Source of the DNA: an uncultured Candidatus Poseidoniales archaeon
GTDB lineage: Archaea; Thermoplasmatota; Poseidoniia; Poseidoniales; Thalassarchaeaceae
Reading direction: 5' to 3'
DNA: 64,000 nt
Assembly (NCBI GenBank): GCA_902593945.1
Contig: CACJKA010000001.1
Span: forward strand, 105,905-169,904
Part shown: piece after piece, positions 1-9,286 of the stretch
Layout: each line of letters opens with the position of its first letter
Numbering within the stretch: the first letter of the stretch is position 1
The notes under the pieces: model-generated
What the model was told of the DNA's origin: nothing
What the model saw: only the letters and a program-made list of their open reading frames with translations
Databases searched by the model: none
Made by a program: the position numbers and the translations under genes

Positions 1-1101
1 AAGGAAACCTGGGACATCAACAAAAGTTACTACTGGAATATTGAAAATATCACAAGTACGAATAAATCTAGCAGCTTTCACAGATGAATCAATATCTAAA
101 CATCCAGCTAGTACTTTCGGTTGGTTAGCAACTATACCAATAGGTTGTCCATCTAAACGGGCGAAACCAATCAGAATATTTTCAGCATATGAAGGAAATA
201 GTTCCATGAACCTCCCCTCATCTACTATTTCCTTAATCACTTTAGACATATCATATGGTTTGTTAGAGTCTGATGGAACAATGTCTTCTAGTTTTTTGCA
301 AGACCGATTCCATTTATCTCCTGATTTAACATTAAGTGGTTCTGCAAGCGTATGATCTGGCAAATATCCGAGTATTTCTGCTGCGATATTGATTGCATCA
401 TGTTCATCATCTGCGACTAAGCAAGCAATACCACTACGACTAGAATGAGATTCTGCACCACCCAATGTTTCTTCATCTATTTCTCCACTAACTACTTCAG
501 GAATAAAATATGGGCTACGCATAAACATTTGACCATGTTCAGAACCTAGAATAACAAAATCAGAAAGACCGGCGGCTAGTGCACTTACACCAGATACAGT
601 ACCAAGAATAAGAGAGATGATGGGTATTCGGCCAGAACATGCTGCAAAAATATCCAGTAGTTCACCAGTAGCACCTAGAGATGATACTCCTTCATGAGCA
701 CGTTGACCGTCTCCGTCCCAAATACCGATTACTGGCAGCATTGATTTTTCAGCAAACTCAACTATTTTGGAGATTTTCTTTGCATGCATTTCACCCATTG
801 TACCCTCAAAAATAGAATAATCTTGTGCAAAACAAACTATTCTCCTTCCATCGAGCATACCATGGCCGGCAACAACTCCATCACCTAATGGCCGATGCAA
901 ATGTAGATTATGATCTCCAGAACGATGCTGTATGAATGCATCAATTTCAACAAATGAATCGGTATCAAGTAATGCATTTATTCTCTCTCTGGCAGTCATC
1001 CGACCAGATTTTCTTAAATTTTGAACCGAGATTCTATCTCCAGGATTATTTGCGATTTGACGTAAAATATCGAGATTATCGCTCGGCGAGGCCTTAGCCA
1101 T
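1..1101 (-). CDS. Acyl-CoA carboxylase carboxyltransferase (beta) subunit (propionyl-CoA carboxylase beta / methylmalonyl-CoA decarboxylase alpha family); C-terminal part runs off the window
   Basis: Absent from the ORF track because it is open at the window edge. Hand translation of the minus strand from ATG 1101..1099 gives MAKASPSDNLDILRQIANNPGDRISVQNLRKSGRMTARERINALLD...GDGVVAGHGMLDGRRIVCFAQDYSIFEGTMGEMHAKKI...IGIVANQPKVLAGCLDIDSSVKAARFIRTCDIFNIPVVTFVDVPGFL. It is uninterrupted for 367 codons and shows the typical carboxyltransferase-domain pattern. Confidence 0.85.
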   Translation of the reverse strand, partial: MAKASPSDNLDILRQIANNPGDRISVQNLRKSGRMTARERINALLDTDSFVEIDAFIQHRSGDHNLHLHRPLGDGVVAGHGMLDGRRIVCFAQDYSIFEGTMGEMHAKKISKIVEFAEKSMLPVIGIWDGDGQRAHEGVSSLGATGELLDIFAACSGRIPIISLILGTVSGVSALAAGLSDFVILGSEHGQMFMRSPYFIPEVVSGEIDEETLGGAESHSSRSGIACLVADDEHDAINIAAEILGYLPDHTLAEPLNVKSGDKWNRSCKKLEDIVPSDSNKPYDMSKVIKEIVDEGRFMELFPSYAENILIGFARLDGQPIGIVANQPKVLAGCLDIDSSVKAARFIRTCDIFNIPVVTFVDVPGFL

Positions 1102-1149
1102 AACATGTCGAACTAACAGGCGGTTATTGAGAGATTAGGGTGAAGGCTA

Positions 1150-2532
1150 TCAGGACTGAGAATCAAATGGATTTTCTCCACACAAATCAGATGCCCATGA
1201 TGATTCAATGAATTCCCTACTTTTTTCAATCGAAAGGAGGTGATGAAGTTTCACGAGACCAGAACTAGGAGGGCATAATGACCCATGTCCTATCATTCCA
1301 ATATTCTGTTGATCTCTACCTTTAGAATAAACATCTAGATGAACGGGTCCATGTATAGTCTGAGTTGTAAGAACTGCAATACCGCCAGATTTGCAGTAAT
1401 CTTCAATTGTTAATTTTAACTTGATATTTTCTGGACTATCATTTTCGGGATCCTGAATTGGTAAGTGTCCAAGACCTGTTCCGTGGAAATATAGAGCGTC
1501 ATAATTAGAATCGATAGCTGCTTGGACCAAATCTGAGTGTAAATGTGGTCCTGATGAAAATTCTGCAATTCGAATAGATTCATCAAAAAATATTGGTGAT
1601 TCTGACTCAATTCTAGCCTCATGTAATTGGGATTCATTAAATTCTATTCTTGCACCCTTTTTATCAACATAAATATTAGCAATTGGATCTTGATTAATTG
1701 ATTTAAACGCGCCTCTTCTAGATGAATGATATTTTCTAGATGCACATCCAGGAAGTATTGCACAACATCCATCCGATGAGTCTGCATGAAGTACGACAAC
1801 TGCTGAATCTCCATCTCCGGTAGGAGATGGGCCGTGGGCTGCCCAATGTACTGCAGCAATTAGGTTCTCTGCGGCGTCAGAAGACCCTCGATCTGGCGAC
1901 CTCTGAGACCCAGTAAGAGCAATTCTTCCTGGAGGCCTTCCACCTTGACCAGCCCAACCATAAGAAATTGCTGCAGCAGTAAAATGTAGAGTATCTGTTC
2001 CATGAGTTATTACAACACCAACTGCTCCCTCTGAAAATGCCTCCTGGGTTGCTTGTAACATCCTATTCCAATGTCTTGGACGGATGTCATCTGACCACAT
2101 ATTTCCTATTTTAACCGCATGTATCCGAGCAATGGAACGCAGTTCAGGGACGGCATCTAATAGTTCATCAGGCTCAAAACGTGCAGAGACGGCTCCGGTC
2201 TTGTAATCAACCTTTGATGCAATAGTTCCTCCAGTATGGATTAAGTGAACAAGAGGTAAAGATTCATCTTGAGGGATTGGTTGAATCTCTTCCTTCTCTT
2301 CCATAGGAACAGAATCAAGAATTTCTATATTCTGGATTACTGATTCGGGGTATGATATATTGTAACCATTTACTAATTTCATTGTAATCAATTTGGGACC
2401 CGCAGGAGGTAAAGAAAGTCCCTCATGAGATGTCTCGCCCGCCCAAGTCTTAACCACGATACGAACCGGAGTACCTGCCTCTGGCCAATCCACCATGACA
2501 CCTCTGAAATGCTGGCACCACATCAAACACAC
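1150..2532 (-). CDS. gatD: Glutamyl-tRNA(Gln) amidotransferase subunit D (archaeal GatD, asparaginase-like)
   Basis: Asparaginase-type motifs HTGGTIAS and ITHGTDT follow an N-terminal GatD-type beta domain (VRIVVKT...KLVNGYNISY). The likely true start is MVDWPEAG at 2496. Confidence 0.9.
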   Translation of the reverse strand: MCLMWCQHFRGVMVDWPEAGTPVRIVVKTWAGETSHEGLSLPPAGPKLITMKLVNGYNISYPESVIQNIEILDSVPMEEKEEIQPIPQDESLPLVHLIHTGGTIASKVDYKTGAVSARFEPDELLDAVPELRSIARIHAVKIGNMWSDDIRPRHWNRMLQATQEAFSEGAVGVVITHGTDTLHFTAAAISYGWAGQGGRPPGRIALTGSQRSPDRGSSDAAENLIAAVHWAAHGPSPTGDGDSAVVVLHADSSDGCCAILPGCASRKYHSSRRGAFKSINQDPIANIYVDKKGARIEFNESQLHEARIESESPIFFDESIRIAEFSSGPHLHSDLVQAAIDSNYDALYFHGTGLGHLPIQDPENDSPENIKLKLTIEDYCKSGGIAVLTTQTIHGPVHLDVYSKGRDQQNIGMIGHGSLCPPSSGLVKLHHLLSIEKSREFIESSWASDLCGENPFDSQS

Positions 2533-2567
2533 GCCTCGAAGGACTCAAATGAAGACATCATTGGTGG

Positions 2568-3437
2568 TTGTCTGTAGGAACCAACATGGAAGGTCAGACC
2601 GTATTATTAGCTGCCTTGATGGCTGGAGTTGTAGCGACTACGGTTACAGTGCTGATAGAAAAGTATGGAGGCGTTCTGGGTGGCATCTTAGGCACCATCC
2701 CTACCACCATTATTCCTGCATCAATTGGAATGGCTTCAGAAGGTGGTAACGAAGCATTAATTGTTAGTCTAGCAATAGTCCCTGCAGGAATGCTAATTAA
2801 TGCAATTTTCCTTAGTGTTTGGGCTCTTCTTCCAGATAAACTACCAAAAACATGGAGTCAAAATAGTAGCTTAATTTTCACTAGTATTATCTCACTTATT
2901 ATTTGGGCTCTAGTAGGATTATTTACAATTAGTATTATAGATAGAGCGATAGGCAATAATTACTCGCCGGAAGAAATATCTATTGTTGGACTTGTATTGG
3001 TTGCGACACTTGGAATAGTAATGTGTTGGAATCTAAAACCTGCACCTAAGGGTAAAAACTCTGTCAGTAAAAAGATTCTCGCAGCCAGAGGTATTGTAGC
3101 CGCTATGGCAATTGGTGTTGCAGTATTGATTTCGAGTTTAGGAATGCCACTATTGGCAGGATTGGCATCAGTATTTCCGGCAATATTCTTGACAAGTATG
3201 ATCGCTCTATGGTTAGCCCAAGGACCCTCAGTTCCACTTGGTGCTGCAGGTCCAATGATGATGGGGGGTGCATCTGTTGCAATGTATTCGATTATAGCAA
3301 TGTGGTCATTAATTGAATATGGATTATTTATTGGTTCGATAATTGCATGGATTGGGTCAATTGTAGTATGGTCTATACCTTCTTTTGTATTTGTTAACTG
3401 GAGAGCAAAAGTGACAATGACGAATGAAAACTACTGA
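2568..3437 (+). CDS. Polytopic integral membrane protein, function unknown
   Basis: 289-aa ORF, hydrophobic almost throughout (about 8 TM-like segments). It has Gly-rich helix starts (GGVLGGILGTIP, LLAGLASVFPAIF). No catalytic motif recognised. An alternative start is at 2586. Confidence 0.6.
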   Translation: MSVGTNMEGQTVLLAALMAGVVATTVTVLIEKYGGVLGGILGTIPTTIIPASIGMASEGGNEALIVSLAIVPAGMLINAIFLSVWALLPDKLPKTWSQNSSLIFTSIISLIIWALVGLFTISIIDRAIGNNYSPEEISIVGLVLVATLGIVMCWNLKPAPKGKNSVSKKILAARGIVAAMAIGVAVLISSLGMPLLAGLASVFPAIFLTSMIALWLAQGPSVPLGAAGPMMMGGASVAMYSIIAMWSLIEYGLFIGSIIAWIGSIVVWSIPSFVFVNWRAKVTMTNENY

Positions 3438-3459
3438 ATAGGAATTGATTTGAGTCGCT

Positions 3460-4524
3460 TTGATGGAAGACTCCCCATTGATTCATCCAGATATCGAAAA
3501 GGCTCATACTTTACCTTCGAGATACTATACAGAAAGTTCTGTTTTTGAAGAAATAATCGCTACATTTTCTGAATGTTTTCATTTTGCTACACATATTAGT
3601 CAATTTGAAAAAAACAATATTATCCCATTACCTCAATTAGAAAATATACTCAATGAATCGCTGATTTTAGTAAAAAATGAGAAAATTAGATGTTTATCAA
3701 ATGTTTGTACTCACAGAGGAATGCTTATTGCAACAAGTCCATGTAGTTCTAAAACTCTCAAATGTGGATATCATGGACGTACATTTGGATTAGAGGGTTG
3801 TATGAAAAATATGCCAGAATTTGAGAATGTTGAAGGATTTCCAAGCGAAAAAGATAATCTAAAACAATTTCAAGTTAGAGAATGGAACGGATTATATTTT
3901 GTTGGAGGGGATAAATTCTTTGATTCGGTTTGCAAAGAATTGGGACGAAGGTTGGGGTGGTTAAATTTAGAACAATTTAGTCATGATGAATCTAGACATA
4001 GAGTCTATGAGGTCAAGGCAAATTGGTCACTATATGTCGATAATTATCTGGAAGGTTTCCATATTCCATTCGTCCACGGTGACTTAAATAAGGTTCTAGA
4101 TTATGACTCATATAAGACTGAATTATTTGATGGAGGGGTACTACAAATAGGCATAGCAAATGAAGGAGAAGAATGCTTTGATTTACCCGAATCATCACCG
4201 GACTTTGGAGAGAATATTGCGGCCTACTACTATTGGATATTTCCTGGTCTCATGTTGAACTTCTATCCTTGGGGATTATCTGTAAATATTGTGAATCCGA
4301 TCTCAGTCGATAAAACACAGATTATCTATCATGGATTTGTAGGAAATAAGAGTTTGTTAGGCAAGGGCGCAGGAGGAGACTTAGACAAAGTAGAATTAGA
4401 AGATCAAGATATTGTTGAAGCAACTCAGAGAGGAGTTTCGTCTAAGTCTTATGACAGAGGAAGGTACTCACCTACTAAAGAAAAAGGTGTACATTATTTC
4501 CATAGAATATTAACCGACCAATAA
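3460..4524 (+). CDS. Rieske [2Fe-2S] non-heme-iron oxygenase, alpha-subunit type
   Basis: Rieske signature CTHRGMLIATSPCSSKTLKCGYHGRTF (C-x-H ... C-x2-H). A catalytic-domain-like segment follows (NYLEGFHIPFVHGDL). Confidence 0.85.
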   Translation: MMEDSPLIHPDIEKAHTLPSRYYTESSVFEEIIATFSECFHFATHISQFEKNNIIPLPQLENILNESLILVKNEKIRCLSNVCTHRGMLIATSPCSSKTLKCGYHGRTFGLEGCMKNMPEFENVEGFPSEKDNLKQFQVREWNGLYFVGGDKFFDSVCKELGRRLGWLNLEQFSHDESRHRVYEVKANWSLYVDNYLEGFHIPFVHGDLNKVLDYDSYKTELFDGGVLQIGIANEGEECFDLPESSPDFGENIAAYYYWIFPGLMLNFYPWGLSVNIVNPISVDKTQIIYHGFVGNKSLLGKGAGGDLDKVELEDQDIVEATQRGVSSKSYDRGRYSPTKEKGVHYFHRILTDQ

Positions 4525-4527
4525 TGA

Positions 4528-4679
4528 TGGTGCCGGGAGCGGGACTTGAACCCGCGACCTTCGGATGTCTCAGACACTCAAAGCAGGCTGTTGCGCTCAT
4601 GACTAGTTTCGACAAAAATCATATTTTCACCAAAAATTACCCTATGAGTCCGACGCGCTACCAACTACGCCACCCCGGC
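4528..4679 (-). tRNA. tRNA with anticodon CAU (elongator Met or Ile2) interrupted by a 76-nt intron at the canonical 37/38 position; CCA encoded
   Basis: Minus-strand read: GCCGGGGTGGCGTAGTTGGTAGCGCGTCGGACTCATA-[76 nt]-ATCCGAAGGTCGCGGGTTCAAGTCCCGCTCCCGGCACCA. It has a 7-bp acceptor stem (one G-U) and a D stem GCGT/GCGC. The anticodon stem is TCGGA/TCCGA and the T arm is GCGGG-TTCAAGT-CCCGC. G1-C72 argues against an initiator. Confidence 0.85.
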
Positions 4680-4791
4680 AGTAAGTCAGTCGAGTGACAA
4701 CACCCATTTGAGTATAACCATCCAACAAATGAGGTTTTTTGGGAACTTGTCTCATCAGTACCCTTGATGAGTAGTTCGTTCTCGGGAGGGC

Positions 4792-5661
4792 GTGGTCGAC
4801 GTAGATACAGCCCTGCGTGCTAACGCTTACAATGACCGTAAGCGAAGGTCTGGCGGAGATAAGAAAGAGGGCAAGACTACACCGAAGAAAATTGAAGATT
4901 TTGATCCTGCCGCACATGCAGTAAAAGAAGTTGCAGATGCTTATTCAATGTGGCTTGTAATTATTTATGGTACAGTAGTTGCATTGGCAATACGCTACTT
5001 ATTGATGCCTGAAATGAAGGAGCCTGGAGCCATATTGTATCTTCTCCCATTATTATTATGTGCAACAATAATACCTATTCACAAAATTATAATTCCTAGT
5101 AAATACAGTGAATTATACACTAATGGGAATTGGTTTAGGGCAGTTTTCTTATTCATTTTTACTTGGTTGGCATTTTCATTCATTGTTTCAAATCCGCCTC
5201 TAGCTGATATTGCACCTCCAACTCTTGCAGGTGGAATCGATATCGAACAAACAGAAGGAATTGAAGAAACTTCATGGAAGAATGGAGTTTATACAATTAA
5301 TTTGAATCAAGATACAGTTGATGTAGTCATGGGTATGGCTGTAAGAGATAATGTAGATGCCGAAACTGTAAACATTAATGCAGCAATATATTACAGAGGA
5401 GAGATGTTAGAAGAATTAGCTAATGGGACTGCTATTTCACATACAGAAGAAATGGGAATGTTTGATTCAATCAATAACTGGACAAGAGGAGATAGAGTAG
5501 GCCCTCATGAGAACGACATAGGACTAGCATGGGATTTAGGAACTTTAGACCCTGGAGAATATACCATTGAAATCACATTGACTGAAGAAGGGTCGCCTTG
5601 GATTAATACGACCGAATTAGTATATACGATTTCAATTGCTCAAACTACTGTTCTTGGTTGA
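4792..5661 (+). CDS. Membrane protein with basic N-terminal tail and acidic extracytoplasmic domain, function unknown
   Basis: 289-aa ORF with a Lys/Arg-rich N-terminus (RKRRSGGDKKEGKTTPKK). It has 3-4 hydrophobic helices and then a D/E/T-rich soluble domain. Start uncertain. Confidence 0.5.
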   Translation: MVDVDTALRANAYNDRKRRSGGDKKEGKTTPKKIEDFDPAAHAVKEVADAYSMWLVIIYGTVVALAIRYLLMPEMKEPGAILYLLPLLLCATIIPIHKIIIPSKYSELYTNGNWFRAVFLFIFTWLAFSFIVSNPPLADIAPPTLAGGIDIEQTEGIEETSWKNGVYTINLNQDTVDVVMGMAVRDNVDAETVNINAAIYYRGEMLEELANGTAISHTEEMGMFDSINNWTRGDRVGPHENDIGLAWDLGTLDPGEYTIEITLTEEGSPWINTTELVYTISIAQTTVLG

Positions 5662-6616
5662 TTTGAGAGCAAATCATTGCCGTCATAGCATCTAGCTGTA
5701 GAGATTCTCCTCCCCCTTCTACCATTCTAAAATCTGTTTCAGCCATTACTTCGGTAACCTTAAGTTTTTGACTTTCATCAAAAAATGTAACACTTCCCAA
5801 TTCGCGATGTAATTGATTAACTAAATCAGTTCCAGCTAATCCGAATCTATCTAATAATTCTCTGAGCCTCCTTCTAGCAGGTTGGAATCCATCTTGTTGA
5901 CAAGCTAGAAAATATCCATGTAATTCTTCAGGAGGAGCAGTTGCTGTGGTCTCATAAATTAATTCTCGAGTAACATTACTATCTAAAGATGCAGCAACTT
6001 GCAAAGAAGTAATAGCTTTCCTTAAGTCTCCTAAAGAAACATGAACAATTGCATCTGCTGCTTCTGGATGAAGTTCAATTTTTTCCTCTGTGGCGACATT
6101 TACTATCATCTCTCTAACCTGATCTTCAGGTAGTGGGCGGAATCTGAATACCGCACATCTAGATTGAATTGGTTCAATGATTTTAGAAGAATAATTACAT
6201 GATAAAATAAACCTACAAGTTTCTGCATATTGTTCCATAATTCTCCTAAGTGCCCCTTGAGCATCGGGAGTTAATGCATCAGCCTCATCAAGAAAGATTA
6301 CTTTGAATGTAGTGCCAGGTACTGGAGCAGTACGAGCAAATGATTTCACTTTGGTTCTAATCGATTCTAATTTTCTCTCATCACTAGCATTCATTTCCAA
6401 CATATTTGTCCTATATCCTTCACCAAATACATCCCTAGCTAGAGCTATGGCAGCAGTGGTCTTACCTGTCCCAGGAGGTCCAGCAAACAATAAATGCGGG
6501 AATGTTCTCTTCACGGCGTATGCTTTCAATCTTTCAACAACAGCACGTTGCCCTTTGATATCTCCCACTGTTCGCGGGCGATGACGCTCTACCCAAAGTT
6601 CACTCATAGCAAACAT
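5645..6616 (-). CDS. rfcS: Replication factor C small subunit (clamp loader AAA+)
   Basis: WVERHRP box, Walker A GPPGTGKTT, Walker B IFLDEADAL, and the SRC motif (IQSRCAVFRF). The size is typical (about 320 aa). Confidence 0.95.
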   Translation of the reverse strand: MFAMSELWVERHRPRTVGDIKGQRAVVERLKAYAVKRTFPHLLFAGPPGTGKTTAAIALARDVFGEGYRTNMLEMNASDERKLESIRTKVKSFARTAPVPGTTFKVIFLDEADALTPDAQGALRRIMEQYAETCRFILSCNYSSKIIEPIQSRCAVFRFRPLPEDQVREMIVNVATEEKIELHPEAADAIVHVSLGDLRKAITSLQVAASLDSNVTRELIYETTATAPPEELHGYFLACQQDGFQPARRRLRELLDRFGLAGTDLVNQLHRELGSVTFFDESQKLKVTEVMAETDFRMVEGGGESLQLDAMTAMICSQINQEQ

Positions 6617-6666
6617 ACCATCAAAGGCGGTTGTCCTTGAAGTTTTGTAGAGATGAACTGTAAGAA

Positions 6667-7524
6667 TTAGTAACCTTCATCTGCGTTCGGGAATTGTTTA
6701 CTACGCACGTCATCGATGTACTGCTTGACTGCTCCATCAATTATTTCACCTAAATCGGAGTATCTTCTAAGGAACCTAGGGCTGAAATCTTTTGTTATTC
6801 CTAGCATATCATGTAAAACCAAAACTTGGCCATCACAATCTACTCCAGCTCCTATTCCAATAGTTGGAATTGTTAGTTTTTGACTAACTTTTTTGGCTAG
6901 TTCCGCGGGTATCTTTTCAAAAACAATAGAAAAACATCCAGCATCTTCTAATGCTTTGGCATCTTCAAGTAATTTTGTTGCCTCATCTTGCTCTTTAGCT
7001 CTAACGCTGTAAGTCCCAAATTTGTAAATTGACTGAGGAGTTAATCCAAGATGACCCATTACTGGTATTCCAGCTTGCTGAATTCTTACTACTGATTCGA
7101 CAATTTCTGAACCACCTTCTAATTTTACGGCATGACCTCCGGATTCTTTCATGATGCGAATTGCTGAGTCGAGAGCCGTTTTAGAATCTCCCTGATATGT
7201 CCCAAATGGCATATCTACAACCACTAATGCTCTATCTACTCCATTAATCACGCATTGAGCATGATAAATCATATGATCCAAAGTGATTGGGACGGTTGTT
7301 TCATTTCCTGCCATTACATTGGATGCTGAGTCACCTACAAGAATTACATCAATTCCTGCCGCATCAACAAGTCTCGCTAATGAGTAGTCATATGAGGTTA
7401 GCATAGTGATTTTCTCGCCACTTTCTTTCATTTCTTGTAGTGTATGGGTTGTAACCTTTTTTGCTCGACTAGATATTGCCATACACTCACCTTCGGTATG
7501 TTCGAGCAAGGTACATGCCTTCAA
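6667..7524 (-). CDS. panB: 3-methyl-2-oxobutanoate hydroxymethyltransferase (ketopantoate hydroxymethyltransferase)
   Basis: Shows the PanB pattern: [48 protein letters not shown]. The likely true start is MAISSRAKK at 7482. Confidence 0.9.
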   Translation of the reverse strand: MKACTLLEHTEGECMAISSRAKKVTTHTLQEMKESGEKITMLTSYDYSLARLVDAAGIDVILVGDSASNVMAGNETTVPITLDHMIYHAQCVINGVDRALVVVDMPFGTYQGDSKTALDSAIRIMKESGGHAVKLEGGSEIVESVVRIQQAGIPVMGHLGLTPQSIYKFGTYSVRAKEQDEATKLLEDAKALEDAGCFSIVFEKIPAELAKKVSQKLTIPTIGIGAGVDCDGQVLVLHDMLGITKDFSPRFLRRYSDLGEIIDGAVKQYIDDVRSKQFPNADEGY

Positions 7525-7543
7525 TTAAACGCCTAATCAATCA

Positions 7544-9223
7544 CTAATCAAACTCTAATTCTTCAACACCTAATAAGAACTCATCAATTTCTAATATGCC
7601 ATCTTGATTTTCATCAGCTGAGTGGAAATATTCTCTAAGTGCATCCTCTCCTTCGCCAGGAAAACCTAGAGACTGCATTGCTGAGATAAATTCATTCAAA
7701 TTGAGATGATTATTTCGATCTATATCTGCAGCATGGAATGCGGCCCATCGACGGCGATGCTCTACTTCGTCGGGATTAGTAAATGTTAAACGGAAAGTTT
7801 CCCAAGGAGTAATAATCTGATTCTGAGAATGTTTTTTACCATATGATTGATAGATAATTAATCCTATTATAATAGCCGCAGTCCCACCAATTACTGCCTT
7901 AGAACCCATAGCATAAATTAGAATTGAGCCACCAAGAATACCTAAAATCTGGATTAGAGGAAATAATGGAGATTTCCATTCTGGTTCATACCAATGAGAT
8001 TTTGCAGACGTGCGAAGCACTAATACTGCAGCATTTAACACAATAAAAATCATAATATTAAATCCAGAAGCAAATTCTGCTACATCATGAACTGGTAGGA
8101 ACATTATGGCTGCAGCCATCGCTAAACCAGTGCCAACGATTGCCCAATGAGGAGTCTCATATTTACTATGAACATTTTCAAAAAATACTGGCAGGAGATT
8201 GTCTCGAGCCATCGCGAAAAGAAATCTAGATGCAGCCATTATACCTGCAAGAGAACCTGAGAGGACTGTGATCGCTGCAAATGTAGCCGCTATTGTTGCT
8301 ACGGTCTGCCCCCCTACATCTAAGGCAAAAATATAGATCGGATCTTCTCTTGCATGTCCACTTTCAACGTAATTAACTGGATCAACTGTGATTGCCATTG
8401 TTAGAGTAACAAAAACATATAATAAAATGCTGAAAAGTAATGAAATTAGTATACCAAATGGTAAATTTCTACTGGGTGATTTAATCTCACCACCAACAGC
8501 TGCAATTTTTGTAACACCGATATATGAAACAAAGACTAGCGCGGCTGTAGAAGAAAAACTATGCCAATCCGGCCCAAATGATTCTCTAGATAATGCATAA
8601 TCCCAGTTTAATTCAGTTGTTGCTAAAGCCCAAAAACAAACACACAGCAGATATGTGACGGAAATTAAAACAACTGGTGTTTGTACCTTCTTTATACTTT
8701 TAGCACCTAAAATATTAATTCCCACAATCAAGGCTAGCATTATCATAACTGCATAATCGAGGTTAATTGTAATACCTAAGATTCCTTGTAAAACCCATAA
8801 ATATGCTCTGAATCCGATTAATGCAAAGGCCGATTTAAGCATGAAATTAGCCCACAATCCTAATCCAGATATTGTACCAATAATTGGTCCAAATGTTTTT
8901 TCAATGTATACATAAGCTCCACCAGAAGAAGGCATTGCAGAAGCAAGTTCAGATTTCGATATTGCACCCGGTAGAATTACTAAACCTGCAAAAAAATACG
9001 CTAACCAAATACCACCAACCGGAATTTCTCCTCCTCCGAGTTCCATCATAGCTAAGGAAGGAAGAACAAAAAGTCCACTTCCCAGCATTGCAGATAATGA
9101 AAGAATAACTACTGAAAAGAGCCCTAATTTACGCTCTAAGGTGTCAGTTACTCTTTCAATTGGCTGGAGGACGATTCCTAGAACTTCAGATGGAGAAAGC
9201 CTATCCATATTTACCCGAAACAT
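7544..9223 (-). CDS. APC-superfamily amino acid/polyamine permease with C-terminal cytoplasmic EF-hand pair
   Basis: About 12 TM segments with APC-type motifs (SELASAMPSSGGAYVY). The last 60 aa carry two canonical 12-residue EF-hand loops, DIDRNNHLNLNE and DENQDGILEIDE. Confidence 0.85.
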   Translation of the reverse strand: MFRVNMDRLSPSEVLGIVLQPIERVTDTLERKLGLFSVVILSLSAMLGSGLFVLPSLAMMELGGGEIPVGGIWLAYFFAGLVILPGAISKSELASAMPSSGGAYVYIEKTFGPIIGTISGLGLWANFMLKSAFALIGFRAYLWVLQGILGITINLDYAVMIMLALIVGINILGAKSIKKVQTPVVLISVTYLLCVCFWALATTELNWDYALSRESFGPDWHSFSSTAALVFVSYIGVTKIAAVGGEIKSPSRNLPFGILISLLFSILLYVFVTLTMAITVDPVNYVESGHAREDPIYIFALDVGGQTVATIAATFAAITVLSGSLAGIMAASRFLFAMARDNLLPVFFENVHSKYETPHWAIVGTGLAMAAAIMFLPVHDVAEFASGFNIMIFIVLNAAVLVLRTSAKSHWYEPEWKSPLFPLIQILGILGGSILIYAMGSKAVIGGTAAIIIGLIIYQSYGKKHSQNQIITPWETFRLTFTNPDEVEHRRRWAAFHAADIDRNNHLNLNEFISAMQSLGFPGEGEDALREYFHSADENQDGILEIDEFLLGVEELEFD

Positions 9224-9286
9224 AAACGATAGTTGAAGGTTTGTCTCCGAAATTATTAACCTAAATACTATTGTAGGCTTAAACAG

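Noticed and set aside
41-355. 104-aa plus-strand ORF at the window start
   Set aside because: It lies antisense inside the well-supported carboxyltransferase gene (1..1101, minus strand), and its sequence has no recognisable features.
4642-4917. 91-aa minus-strand ORF
   Set aside because: It overlaps the 5' half of the tRNA(CAU) gene and the start of the opposite-strand membrane-protein ORF. It is a GC-driven spurious ORF.
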